A DNA stretch of 52,799 nt, taken from positions 1-52,799 of IMG/VR virus record IMGVR_UViG_3300030410_000060, one strand, 5' to 3'. The DNA is from a virus. Its lineage: Duplodnaviria; Caudoviricetes. The notes beneath the pieces were generated by a model. That model was given only the letters and a program-made list of their open reading frames with translations. It was not told the DNA's origin and made no database searches. This document shows, piece by piece, positions 41,692-50,898 of the stretch. Each line of letters begins with the position of its first letter. The stretch's first letter is position 1. Made by a program: the position numbers and the translations under genes.

Positions 41692-43818
41692 CTACTTTAA
41701 GTCCCCTAAATTATTAGCTATTTTAGGCTCGGCTATAAGGTCTACCCCCGGTAAAACCACGGCTGTCTCCATAGCGTATTGCAACAGAATAACGACATCT
41801 GCTGAGTCCTCCTCCCGGCACTCTACTACAATTTCGTCATGCACCTGAAGGACTATTTGGCAATCGGATATATCCGCTTTAGTTATTAGCTCCTTAAATT
41901 TAATCATGGCTCTGTTAGCTATGCTAGCGCCGGTACTTTGTATGGGGTGATTCATACCTAAGTTTAGGAGGTTCCTAGCAGCCCCTGGGAGTCTTGAGTG
42001 CTTAGTATTTCCATAGACAGGTACAATGTTTAACCCCTCTGGTATCCTCCTTGGACGACCGAAGATGTTATGTACTGCTCCCTCTTTTTTAACCTTCTCG
42101 TGTGAGTCTAGCATAAGCTGCTCTACGCTGGGGTAGGCTAAAAAATAGTTATCAATGATATCCTGGCATTCGTCCATTGATTTAACAATTCCTGCTTTCT
42201 TTTCTATTTCGTTTGCCATTTGGGCAGCACCAGTGCCGTAAGGTACCGCTAGAGCTATAATCTTAGCGACGTTTCTAAGTGCTTTATACTTTACTGCAAA
42301 AGAGTTAGGGGAGTCGTCTTTTTTCATTGTGGCGTCATACTTTCCGAAAACCTCAGCTCCTATAACAGAGTAAAAGTCGTCCCCGTCCTTAAAGCATTTA
42401 AGGAGCCTCTCGTCACCGCTGAGGGAGGCAAATACCCTGGGCTCTAGCTGAGAGTAGTCGGCTCCTACAAAAACCTTACCGGGGCGGGCTATGATGCACT
42501 CCTTGACTCGTTTATCGTCTCTAGGTAGGTTCTGAAAGTTAGGCTCAGAGGAGGAGTAGCGACCCGACGTAGTGCCAGCTTGTTTAAAGCTCGGCCTAAT
42601 GATATTGTACTGGGCCTTAGTTTGAATACCCTTAACGTAAGTAGTTAGTATCTTTTCATTCTTTTTATATTTTAAAAGCGTGTCTACCCATTTATATTTT
42701 TTAGATAGTTTCTTTGACAGGGCCTCTACGTCCGTAGAGAGGTAACACCAAGGGTCACGTATCTTAGAAGGTTTCTTTCTCTTTTTTGTCTTAGGGTCTA
42801 CGCCGGGGGGCTGCCATACCTGTCCTTTACGCGTCCTTATCTCGTGTAGAAGGTGCCTTTTAGGGGCAGGAGTATAAGGTATCTTCATGCCTAGGTACTT
42901 ACAAAGGTCTTTACCGCTGTCTGTGAGGAAAGAAAACTCGTTCTCGAGCTTCTCGAATAGGAGCCAAGATAGCTGCGCCCCTGAATTCATGTTAAAAGTC
43001 TTGGCTTTGGAGGTGCCCGTATACTCTGGCAGAAGGTCTGTAGCTATCTCTTTATGAATAAAAGATTGATATTCTAAGCATTCTGACTCTAGGGTGCGTC
43101 TCAAGATTTCGAGACGAGCGGTGTCAACTTTTAGACCTATGGTATTTAAGTCATAGGTAGGGCCCCGGAGCAGGGGCATCGACTCCTCAAAGAAAAAGGT
43201 ATCTAATCCCTTATCGAATAGCTCGGGGATAAAGTGATTAAATAACTTTAGGGTAAGCACTGCATCCTGGGCACCATATTTGGCTATTAGGTCTGAGTCA
43301 CCCTTATATAGCTCATATGAGCCCTTTTTGAGAGTGCCTCCATTTTTACCTATACTAGCTTTCATCTCCTCTTGTTCTTTCTTGGAGTCCTCCCCATATA
43401 CGGTCGTAGCTAGGTCTTTTAGTCCTATTCGTCGGTTTTCGTCTAGGAGGTGAGCTAGTATCATGGTATCGGTGTGAACTGAGGGCATGAGATCCACCCC
43501 GTAGCCATATCTCACCATGCTACAGTCGAAAACAGCATTGTGCATGACTAAGGACTTACCGGCTAAACTCTCTAAAAACTCCTTGGCGCTCCCTAGGGTC
43601 TCTAAATCTAGGAGTTTTTCAGCGGCTACATCCCACTCCTTAAGAATGACGTAATAGCCCTGCCCTTCGGTATCGGCACAGACTGAAAAGCCTATGATAT
43701 CGTCCTCTTTAGTAAGTCCCGTAGTCTCAGTATCAAAAGATACATAAGTCTTATCCTTAAGATATTCATTAAGCGATTTTATCTCTGCTATCGTCCTGAT
43801 TATCTTGAATTTGTCCAT
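41692..43818 (-). CDS. polA: DNA polymerase family A with 3'-5' exonuclease
   Basis: DTETTGL, HNAVFD, TTSGRYSSSEPNFQN, ADYSQLEPR, RxxAK..YG, QVHDE. Confidence 0.95.
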   Translation of the reverse strand: MDKFKIIRTIAEIKSLNEYLKDKTYVSFDTETTGLTKEDDIIGFSVCADTEGQGYYVILKEWDVAAEKLLDLETLGSAKEFLESLAGKSLVMHNAVFDCSMVRYGYGVDLMPSVHTDTMILAHLLDENRRIGLKDLATTVYGEDSKKEQEEMKASIGKNGGTLKKGSYELYKGDSDLIAKYGAQDAVLTLKLFNHFIPELFDKGLDTFFFEESMPLLRGPTYDLNTIGLKVDTARLEILRRTLESECLEYQSFIHKEIATDLLPEYTGTSKAKTFNMNSGAQLSWLLFEKLENEFSFLTDSGKDLCKYLGMKIPYTPAPKRHLLHEIRTRKGQVWQPPGVDPKTKKRKKPSKIRDPWCYLSTDVEALSKKLSKKYKWVDTLLKYKKNEKILTTYVKGIQTKAQYNIIRPSFKQAGTTSGRYSSSEPNFQNLPRDDKRVKECIIARPGKVFVGADYSQLEPRVFASLSGDERLLKCFKDGDDFYSVIGAEVFGKYDATMKKDDSPNSFAVKYKALRNVAKIIALAVPYGTGAAQMANEIEKKAGIVKSMDECQDIIDNYFLAYPSVEQLMLDSHEKVKKEGAVHNIFGRPRRIPEGLNIVPVYGNTKHSRLPGAARNLLNLGMNHPIQSTGASIANRAMIKFKELITKADISDCQIVLQVHDEIVVECREEDSADVVILLQYAMETAVVLPGVDLIAEPKIANNLGDLK

Positions 43819-45634
43819 TTGTCTCTCCTTTGTCTACTCGAGCGCTCGTATATTCAACTAGATCGGTTGCACGGTCTGCTTTACGCTTATTAACGGCAGC
43901 TTGGTTAAAGAAGTCGAAAGACTTCTCCTCTATTTGCGTCATCTCCCTAAGTGTCTCAGTTTCAGGGTCAAAGTACAAGCGATAAGGTACGTCCTCTTTA
44001 ATCCTGTCAATATGTTGTTTCTTATGCCTAATTTTACAAAACTTAAACGCCATAGTGGTGGGGGCTCCTTCCACATAACACCGTTTAAGGGGCTGCCAGA
44101 TAGTAATTAGATAGTCCACATAACTCTCAAAGAATACCGTCCCGTAAGCGGCGTCCTTACCTATCTCTAAGTCCCCTCTCCCTGCTTTCTCTCTAGGGGC
44201 CTGGGATTGCATTACGACTAGGGTGTTGGTCTCTACGGCAAACGACTTCATTTTATGGCAGATATCGACTAGAGCTTGGTTTTCTCCATTCTTACTTTCT
44301 TTCCTTAAAATACCGATGTGGTCAATGACCACGGTGCCTACTTTTTTACCGGTGGCCTTTTTAAATGCTAGGATATAGTCCTTAATGTCCGATAACGAAA
44401 GATGCCTAAAACTGCCATCGGGGTTATGGTTACCCAAAACATGAACTTTGTCGTGTAAGCCGTCATTACCTTGACAAGCAGTGCGCCATCTTACGGCTAT
44501 TTCGTTTTCGGACTGCTCTAAGCTTACAAAAAAATGGTCATAGTCGGGGTTTCTCTCAGTAAACCATTTAAACATATTGATAGCCATGGAGGTTTTACCT
44601 ACCCCTGCCCCTGCTACCAGACCTATCACGTGCCCCAATCGAAAGCCTCCTGCGGTATTGTCTAGGAGGGGGTGGCACGCAAAACGGGTACCGGCTAGGG
44701 TCTCCTCTCCTCGCATGAGTATCTCCCTCACCGAACGGGAAAGGAGAGTAAAATCTTTAGTTATTTCGAAAGTCCAAATCTTATCTATGATATTGGTAGC
44801 GTAGGAAGCTCTATGGACAGGTGCCCTTGAGAGGGCTTTAGCGCTATTAACTAGTACTGAGGCTGCCTCTGCCTTAGTAAATCCACTGGCGAACATAAGA
44901 TGGCCTAAACGGTAGTCCCCGGAGCTTCTGTCATCGGTGTTACCGATCCAAATTTCTTTGGCTTCTTTAGAACCGGCCAATAAATCTCCGAACTTTGAGG
45001 GCAGCTTATCGTCAATACAAATGTCGTTATCAGTTATTTTATAAGCTTTATTGTAGTGGGCTTGGCAGTAGTTTTCGTCCTCCTCGGTGAGTCTAGGAAG
45101 GTCCTTGTCTAAGTCTTCGCAGGTATAGAAAGCTTCGGAGGTAAGTACGATCTCACACGGGCGAGGATTGTTTTCCTCTTTGTTATTTAAGGTACCGGGG
45201 TACCGCATAAGCTGTTTAAGTTGACAGACTGCTGGGTCTGATTTGTACATTGCGCATAGGCGGCGGGCGAGGCGTAGGAAAGACATGGCGTCTAGGTCGT
45301 CTACAGACCAATAGGCATGAGTACCGTTGCCGGTCTCTACTATGAAGGTAGGAGGAGTCCTACTATCTTTTAGGAGGTTTACGAAAGCCTCGCTAGACTC
45401 ATACTCCCCGTGCTTACGATCTAGGTCTAAAAATACCCAGTTAAAAACGTCTACCTCGCTAGCCTTAACGAAGCCGGTAGGGCCGTATTCGCTGGGGTGA
45501 TTAGGGTAGTGGTATATGTTATACCCCTGTCTGTTGTACTCTAGGGCCTCCTCGAAGGAGCACTCGAGTTGTAGAGGTACTGCTGAGGAGTCTTTATCCT
45601 TAAGCCACTGCGGGGGTAGCATAACAAATACCAT
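43769..45634 (-). CDS. Primase-helicase fusion (RepB/AEP-like primase + SF4 helicase)
   Basis: FLDLD, ETGNGTHAYW, MRYPGTLN; AGAGVGKTS, VSLEQ, VIDH, QSQ. Confidence 0.88.
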   Translation of the reverse strand: MVFVMLPPQWLKDKDSSAVPLQLECSFEEALEYNRQGYNIYHYPNHPSEYGPTGFVKASEVDVFNWVFLDLDRKHGEYESSEAFVNLLKDSRTPPTFIVETGNGTHAYWSVDDLDAMSFLRLARRLCAMYKSDPAVCQLKQLMRYPGTLNNKEENNPRPCEIVLTSEAFYTCEDLDKDLPRLTEEDENYCQAHYNKAYKITDNDICIDDKLPSKFGDLLAGSKEAKEIWIGNTDDRSSGDYRLGHLMFASGFTKAEAASVLVNSAKALSRAPVHRASYATNIIDKIWTFEITKDFTLLSRSVREILMRGEETLAGTRFACHPLLDNTAGGFRLGHVIGLVAGAGVGKTSMAINMFKWFTERNPDYDHFFVSLEQSENEIAVRWRTACQGNDGLHDKVHVLGNHNPDGSFRHLSLSDIKDYILAFKKATGKKVGTVVIDHIGILRKESKNGENQALVDICHKMKSFAVETNTLVVMQSQAPREKAGRGDLEIGKDAAYGTVFFESYVDYLITIWQPLKRCYVEGAPTTMAFKFCKIRHKKQHIDRIKEDVPYRLYFDPETETLREMTQIEEKSFDFFNQAAVNKRKADRATDLVEYTSARVDKGETNGQIQDNQDDSRDKIA

Positions 45635-45735
45635 AAAATCTCTCCTTTAAAGCCGGTGGGGGACGCCTAGACAGGTGCAACATAGTCTAGATTAAGGCGT
45701 ACTATCACTCTAGCCGCGCCCCCTGCTGTCGACAA

Positions 45736-46281
45736 TTAACTAGCTTTAGATCGTGTACCTTGTAGTAGCGCAGCTACTTTAGCTTGGCGGGCAGCGTCTG
45801 GGGCTTTAGCGGGAGCTTTAGCCACTACTGGGGGAGGAGTATAAGGCGCCTCCTCGGTAGCTTCAATATCGTCATAGGACTCCTCTGCGCCTACTGAATA
45901 GCTATCGTCGTCCTGAGCTTGTAAAGCGTCTACCGTAATGGCATTACTCTTATCCTGCTCCACTGAGAATAATAGCTGATCATTGCCCTTTTTAGAAGGT
46001 CTCGTACCTGTAAAAGTGACTCGTACCATAGCTCCTACAATTGCCCTTGACATTTGAGGATTAAGATGCGACTTTCCCCATACGCCAACGTTACCTTTGG
46101 AGGTTTGAAAGATGTGGAGACAGTCAGGCTTATCGGGATTAAACTTGTTAGGGATACCGGTCTTGGTCCCTAGGAAATACCCCTCGACGGAGGTAAGATT
46201 TGCTTTACCGGTCTTTTTGTCCCGTCCTCCTAAGCTGATAGAAACGTCAGAATCTAAAGATACAATTTTTTCAAAACCCAT
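45736..46281 (-). CDS. Putative single-stranded DNA-binding protein
   Basis: OB-fold-like N-half (VEGYFLG, VGVWG, VRVTFTG), acidic linker, next to primase-helicase. Confidence 0.65.
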   Translation of the reverse strand: MGFEKIVSLDSDVSISLGGRDKKTGKANLTSVEGYFLGTKTGIPNKFNPDKPDCLHIFQTSKGNVGVWGKSHLNPQMSRAIVGAMVRVTFTGTRPSKKGNDQLLFSVEQDKSNAITVDALQAQDDDSYSVGAEESYDDIEATEEAPYTPPPVVAKAPAKAPDAARQAKVAALLQGTRSKAS

Positions 46282-46329
46282 ACTATTACTCCTCGTTCAT
46301 TGGTTTGAGAGTCACTGTCACAAATATTA

Positions 46330-46908
46330 CTATCTATTTGTGACGCCTTCGGTACCCCTCCGGGTACCAAAACTTCTAATAACTTTTAGTAAATCCTGCT
46401 CTAAGTTAGCTAATGTGCTATCGTTACTCACGGTGTCGGTGAGTAGGCTAGCGTCTATGCCTGCCTCAGAAGCGTGGCCTGCGATAGCGTTAGGGCCTGT
46501 ATTTCGTTCATTTGACTCCTTAGACACTACTTTTATTAGGATAGCGCCTAAGGCTTTCATCGCCTCCCCTTCATTATTAAATCTTACATCGTCGCAAATT
46601 ACAATACCGTTTGTATTATTATTTAAAAAATCTGTCGCCTCGGCTTTCCAGAGGTCTACCCATATACTAGTGCCTACCGTAGCTCTGCCCCAGTCGGTAC
46701 CTAGCCACTGTAATAAGGTTCTATCCTTGACAAAGTGGTTAGGTCTAGTGTACACCTTCGAAATGCGACGGTATATGTATTCTTGCATATCATATAGAGG
46801 GCTAGCAAACTTAATAATCTTTACCGGTCTGTTAAAGAATACCTCTTTTAAAAGATTAGCGGCAGCGCTTTTACCTGCTCCCATAGTGCCAGTTAGTCCT
46901 ATAATCAT
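46330..46908 (-). CDS. Deoxynucleoside monophosphate kinase
   Basis: GLTGTMGAGKS, FASPLYD, RTLLQWLGTDWGR, DDVRFNNE, HASE. Confidence 0.9.
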   Translation of the reverse strand: MIIGLTGTMGAGKSAAANLLKEVFFNRPVKIIKFASPLYDMQEYIYRRISKVYTRPNHFVKDRTLLQWLGTDWGRATVGTSIWVDLWKAEATDFLNNNTNGIVICDDVRFNNEGEAMKALGAILIKVVSKESNERNTGPNAIAGHASEAGIDASLLTDTVSNDSTLANLEQDLLKVIRSFGTRRGTEGVTNR

Positions 46909-47120
46909 TCTGTCCCCCATTTTCTGCACACCTCACATCGGGATTGTCCCGTGCGAGTAGAATTTACTTTATTCCCTACAATATGCCTGTTACATAGATA
47001 TCTCATATTTGAGCTTTTAAGTCCAGTAAAATTTTTAAAAGAACTGTATAGAGAGAAAAGAGTAAGGATTATAAGAGTAGCAACTATAAGTAGGGCCTCG
47101 GAGTCCTTTAGGTGGGTCAT
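46905..47120 (-). CDS. Small membrane-anchored protein with C/H motif
   Basis: TM ALLIVATLIILTLFSLY; CNRH, CEVC; ATGA overlaps. Confidence 0.6.
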   Translation of the reverse strand: MTHLKDSEALLIVATLIILTLFSLYSSFKNFTGLKSSNMRYLCNRHIVGNKVNSTRTGQSRCEVCRKWGTE

Positions 47121-47461
47121 GACGCCCTGTCCTTTAAGAGTAGACAAGTCACTTTACCGTGTAGGTGTTTAGCTAAGTCGAGTAGTTCGTACCCTCTACG
47201 GGATAACAGCTCAGCAAAAAACTCCTCTTGGTCGGATAAAGATATCTCCATACTTGTGATACACATCTCGTGCATGTAGACGTGCACTAATTCATGACTA
47301 ATGGTCTCTAGGTCTACTCCTAGAGGGCTTAGATCGACGGTACGCTTATGCATACGTGTGATAGCTACGCTGTCCAAGCCATGTTTTTTCCTGTACTTTG
47401 GACCGGGAAGCACTCTTAAGCGCCAAGACTTACCCAGGACTTTAAATCTAAGCTGGTACAT
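47117..47461 (-). CDS. HExxH zincin-like protein
   Basis: ETISHELVHVY..QEEFFAE. Confidence 0.7.
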   Translation of the reverse strand: MYQLRFKVLGKSWRLRVLPGPKYRKKHGLDSVAITRMHKRTVDLSPLGVDLETISHELVHVYMHEMCITSMEISLSDQEEFFAELLSRRGYELLDLAKHLHGKVTCLLLKDRAS

Positions 47462-47856
47462 TAGTGCCCTTTCGCCCAGTTACTTAGTACCGTGTTGACG
47501 TATCGGCTATTCCTAGGGCCACCGTGAGGAGCTTTATTAAATCGCCCGGCATTATAGGCGCTCACTGCCCTGGGGATATCTCCATTATATCGGTTTAGTT
47601 GTTTTTTTAGGTACTTAGCTGCGTAATAGATATTAGTGCCTGGGTATAGAAGGTCTCTCTCAGTGCCTTTATATCCCACTAGTCGGGCGGTGGCGAGTTT
47701 GATTTGGCAGACCCCTAAGCTGCTACTGCCTCCGTCATTTGGGTTAATCGCCCTAGGCTCGTGCCTACTCTCTGAAAAACAGATAGCAGATAAAAGCCCA
47801 GGGGGGAGATTAAAAGTCTGAGTAGCTATCGAAAAAGCAAATAGTAGTGACTCCAT
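47461..47856 (-). CDS. SLT-domain lytic transglycosylase
   Basis: ES, GVCQI, NIYYAAKYL, AVSAYNAG, YVNTV. Confidence 0.9.
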   Translation of the reverse strand: MESLLFAFSIATQTFNLPPGLLSAICFSESRHEPRAINPNDGGSSSLGVCQIKLATARLVGYKGTERDLLYPGTNIYYAAKYLKKQLNRYNGDIPRAVSAYNAGRFNKAPHGGPRNSRYVNTVLSNWAKGH

Positions 47857-47861
47857 ACCCT

Positions 47862-47891
47862 ATGCTAGCATATTAAGCTAGCTAGAGTCAA
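47862..47891 (-). promoter_or_regulatory. Sigma70-like promoter, possibly leaderless
   Basis: TTGACT-N18-TAGCAT with TGn, 5 nt before ATG. Confidence 0.5.
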
Positions 47892-47892
47892 G

Positions 47893-48594
47893 TTATAGAG
47901 TACCTAGCCACCGGCCTTTTCGGTTTAAGACCATAGGGACTATTTGAGGAATACCGTCAATAATGACAAGGATTGATATTATTGGTCTTTTTGCATTGAG
48001 CTTATTATAAGCCATAGAAAGGGCATTGTCATCCACTAAACATCCTGTTTTAGCTCCAAAGAGAAGGCGTTCAGGGGTAGAGGTGTAGGTAATGGAGGCC
48101 GACTCATGATAATGGCCCTCTACTACTGACATACCGTAGAGCTGACTTAGGCGTCCTGGGGTGGCGCTCTTACCGTGGATAAAGTGCACCGGTCCTAGTC
48201 TTGTCTCTAGGGTGAGGCGAGAGACCCAGCTCCAACCCTTTGGGGCTTGGAGTATCTCCCGGTAACCTTTAATCACCGAGGAGGGTAAACCTGCTGTAAG
48301 AGCTTTACGATAAACCAAGGAGCCGTGATTTGACTCGAGGAGAGTTACTTTAGGGAAAAGGCTATAGAGGGGCGTAAGTTGATTTATAGCCTCTCTTAGC
48401 TCTTTAGTAGGACTATCTAGGTCTGGGTTTTTCTCGTGATAACTCCAAGAGTGTCCGTCAATTTCGTCCCCTATCTGGACTACGTAGTCAGGGGAGTACT
48501 TCTTTTTTACTGCTTTTAGAAAAGGCAGGGTATCGGGGTGCATAAAGGGCGCATGGAGGTCACTAATTACGACTATTGATTTATACTGCTTCAT
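47893..48594 (-). CDS. Calcineurin-like metallophosphoesterase
   Basis: SDLH, GDEID, SNH, IHG, GHYH. Confidence 0.88.
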   Translation of the reverse strand: MKQYKSIVVISDLHAPFMHPDTLPFLKAVKKKYSPDYVVQIGDEIDGHSWSYHEKNPDLDSPTKELREAINQLTPLYSLFPKVTLLESNHGSLVYRKALTAGLPSSVIKGYREILQAPKGWSWVSRLTLETRLGPVHFIHGKSATPGRLSQLYGMSVVEGHYHESASITYTSTPERLLFGAKTGCLVDDNALSMAYNKLNAKRPIISILVIIDGIPQIVPMVLNRKGRWLGTL

Positions 48595-48634
48595 TCTATG
48601 TCTCTCCTCTTAGAATTCGAGCCTATACAGTGTA

Positions 48635-48880
48635 TTATTCGGACTTTGGGGCCTCCGCAGTAGCTTGGCGCATTAGAAAAGACTGCATATCAAGGGAGCG
48701 CTGATCTATACGAGCTAAAGTTTCACTAATTTGAGATTGGACTACGCTTAATTTCCCTTGCACTTCTCTCATGAGTTGGTTATAGTGCGCTACGTGGATC
48801 TCAGAGGCTAGAGCCTCGGGAAGGAGTTCTTTTGCTAGTTGTCTTAATTGTCCTCTTACGAGTTTTGCTTCCTTTGACAT
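48635..48880 (-). CDS. Hypothetical coiled-coil protein
   Basis: AAGGGA RBS before ATG 48880. Confidence 0.65.
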   Translation of the reverse strand: MSKEAKLVRGQLRQLAKELLPEALASEIHVAHYNQLMREVQGKLSVVQSQISETLARIDQRSLDMQSFLMRQATAEAPKSE

Positions 48881-49280
48881 TTGTCCCTTTCTTATACTCC
48901 CTGCGGAGCTTGTTTTCTGCTTTGGTCTTACTGTCATGGCAGGTTTCACATATAGCCTGTAAATTTGAAGCTACGCACCAAATCCTGTCTATTAGTATAA
49001 TCCACCCGTTCTCTAACCCTAGCATATCCTCTAAGGATTTGTCAATAGGAAGGACTGGGTCTACATGGTCTACTACCATATAGGATTTAGGGGTAAGGGT
49101 AAGGCAGAAAGAACAAATACACCATGTTTTTACTCTGGGCCTTTTTGGGTCTGAGTACGGGGCGAATATAGATTTGTTAATAATCTCCCCTCTTAGTTCG
49201 GACCTAGAAAACACTCGCCTAAGTGCCCCTTTGATCAAAGCTCGCTCTTTCTTAGATATTCTGGGGTTACTCAAGGACAA
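48801..49280 (-). CDS. HNH endonuclease
   Basis: CSFC..VDHVDP..NLQAICETCHDSKT. Confidence 0.85.
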   Translation of the reverse strand: MSLSNPRISKKERALIKGALRRVFSRSELRGEIINKSIFAPYSDPKRPRVKTWCICSFCLTLTPKSYMVVDHVDPVLPIDKSLEDMLGLENGWIILIDRIWCVASNLQAICETCHDSKTKAENKLRREYKKGTNVKGSKTRKRTIKTTSKRTPSRGSSL

Positions 49281-50898
49281 TCCGACTAGCGTCGGCCTCC
49301 ATAGTTACGTGATATTGGGCAGTGAACAGCTCTTTTAGCTCCTCACAATGGTCTATCACTAGTACGGAGGAGTGCTGAGTGGCCAGCTCCTCGAATAGGC
49401 GGAAGGCTTTGATCTTCATTCCTGAGTCAAGGCCGTCCAAAGACTCGTCGAACATGAGGTTATCGAAGTGTATACCGGAGGAATTTGACGTAGCTTTCAT
49501 TAGGGAGACAGAAAAACAAAGGCGTAGGAGCCCTCTCTGCCCCTTACTGAGCTGCTTATAGGCACAACGGTACCCCGACTTCTCGAGGTCAACCTTGAGG
49601 CTATCAGAGCCCTCTAATTCGAAAGTGACCTTTATCTCAGAGTCAAAGTACTTATTTAGGTACTCATTGGTATTGTTTTGGATCTCTAACACTGCTTGGA
49701 GGAGTAGAGCGGCGCGTAGGTCAAAGGAAAGCTCATTTAAGGTCTGTAAAGAGTTAAATTGTTTCTCTTTATTTTTGATCTCATCGGCGATAAGAATAAT
49801 GGTCATCTTGGCGACCTCAATAGAGGCTAGCAGCTCCTTATGTGAGTCAATGAAGGGGTTTTTCTGGGTTAGCTCTACACCAATAATGTCTTCGTATTGG
49901 TCCTGCATGTTTTTAGCGACCGCTAAGCTATCAGCATAAGGGTTTCTTTCGTCCTTAAGCTGATTTAGCGAGATTTTTAACTTTGTTAAATTCAGTTTAC
50001 TTTGTTCTACGGCGGTGACGCTTGGCGCTATCTCCTGTCCGCAGGCCCCGCAAGCCCTAGGCTTTGGCTTGTCTATAGTTTTTATACAAGCCCCTATTTC
50101 CGCTAGCTTGTCTAATATCTGTACTTTTTTGCTTTCCTCCCACCTGTCATATCCCCTCTGGGCGTCTTCTATGTGCTTTTGCTTCTGTTTTTCGAAGTTG
50201 GTCTGTTTTGCTCTAAACTCAGCGATTTGTCTGGCTTTGTTTTCACTCCAAAGCTTAGCGCTCTTTTTCTGTCCCTCTACACTACTTTGTAGTGTGTCTA
50301 GCCTAGATTTTAGTTTATCTAGGTCTGAGGAAAGAAAACGGATAGTCGAGGTAGCCTCTCTTTTAGCTAAAGTCGTGGCTTCGGCTATTTGTATAGGGAG
50401 ATCTAGGGTAGCTATGTTTTCAAATATCTGGCGTCTTGTCTTGGCGGTAGCCGTAAAGAAGGAGGCCGAAGGACTAAACTCATGAAAGTAAGAGGCGGCG
50501 GCATAGCGATCAAAGTCTACCCCTAAGAGGGAGTTTAGGAGTTTTTGACTATCTTTGAGGTCTTTACCCCTGATTTTTTCCTTGATACCGTTTATGTCAA
50601 ACCAGAAGAGGTCATTTCGATTTGCAGAACCTCGGATACGGGTGACTTGGAAGGAGCCCTGTGAGTTATGGAATTCAATCTCCACCGAGGTTGGCTCGTA
50701 GGGTGTTAGCCAACTACGGATATCGTCCGCGCTGCCGTCTTTAGCCGTTTGACCAAATAGGCCCCAGCACACCACGTCCATGACAGTGCTTTTTCCTGCA
50801 CCGGTGGGGCCTGAGATAAGGGATAGGCCCTCCTCAAAGTCTAAAGTTAGCTCTAGGTAAGATGCGAAGTTTTTAGCAGTGAGCGACACTAGTTTCAT
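49267..50898 (-). CDS. Rad50/SbcC/gp46-like ATPase
   Basis: KNFASY, GPTGAGKS, CGAC zinc hook, LSKGQ, MFDE..LD, IDH. Confidence 0.9.
   Translation of the reverse strand: MKLVSLTAKNFASYLELTLDFEEGLSLISGPTGAGKSTVMDVVCWGLFGQTAKDGSADDIRSWLTPYEPTSVEIEFHNSQGSFQVTRIRGSANRNDLFWFDINGIKEKIRGKDLKDSQKLLNSLLGVDFDRYAAASYFHEFSPSASFFTATAKTRRQIFENIATLDLPIQIAEATTLAKREATSTIRFLSSDLDKLKSRLDTLQSSVEGQKKSAKLWSENKARQIAEFRAKQTNFEKQKQKHIEDAQRGYDRWEESKKVQILDKLAEIGACIKTIDKPKPRACGACGQEIAPSVTAVEQSKLNLTKLKISLNQLKDERNPYADSLAVAKNMQDQYEDIIGVELTQKNPFIDSHKELLASIEVAKMTIILIADEIKNKEKQFNSLQTLNELSFDLRAALLLQAVLEIQNNTNEYLNKYFDSEIKVTFELEGSDSLKVDLEKSGYRCAYKQLSKGQRGLLRLCFSVSLMKATSNSSGIHFDNLMFDESLDGLDSGMKIKAFRLFEELATQHSSVLVIDHCEELKELFTAQYHVTMEADASRIVLE

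Noticed and set aside
41692-43818. DpoZ / 2-aminoadenine genome system
   Set aside because: No purZ, datZ or mazZ-like gene recognisable in the window; Leu762 alone is insufficient
46112-46960. 282-aa plus-strand ORF and the many other antisense ORFs over fibre, ejection, capsid and Rad50 genes
   Set aside because: Shadow frames of well-supported minus-strand genes; no motifs or RBS
48620-48640. TACACTGTATAGG upstream of the metallophosphoesterase as another late motif
   Set aside because: Lacks the GTGnA half-site and the TAGTA tail
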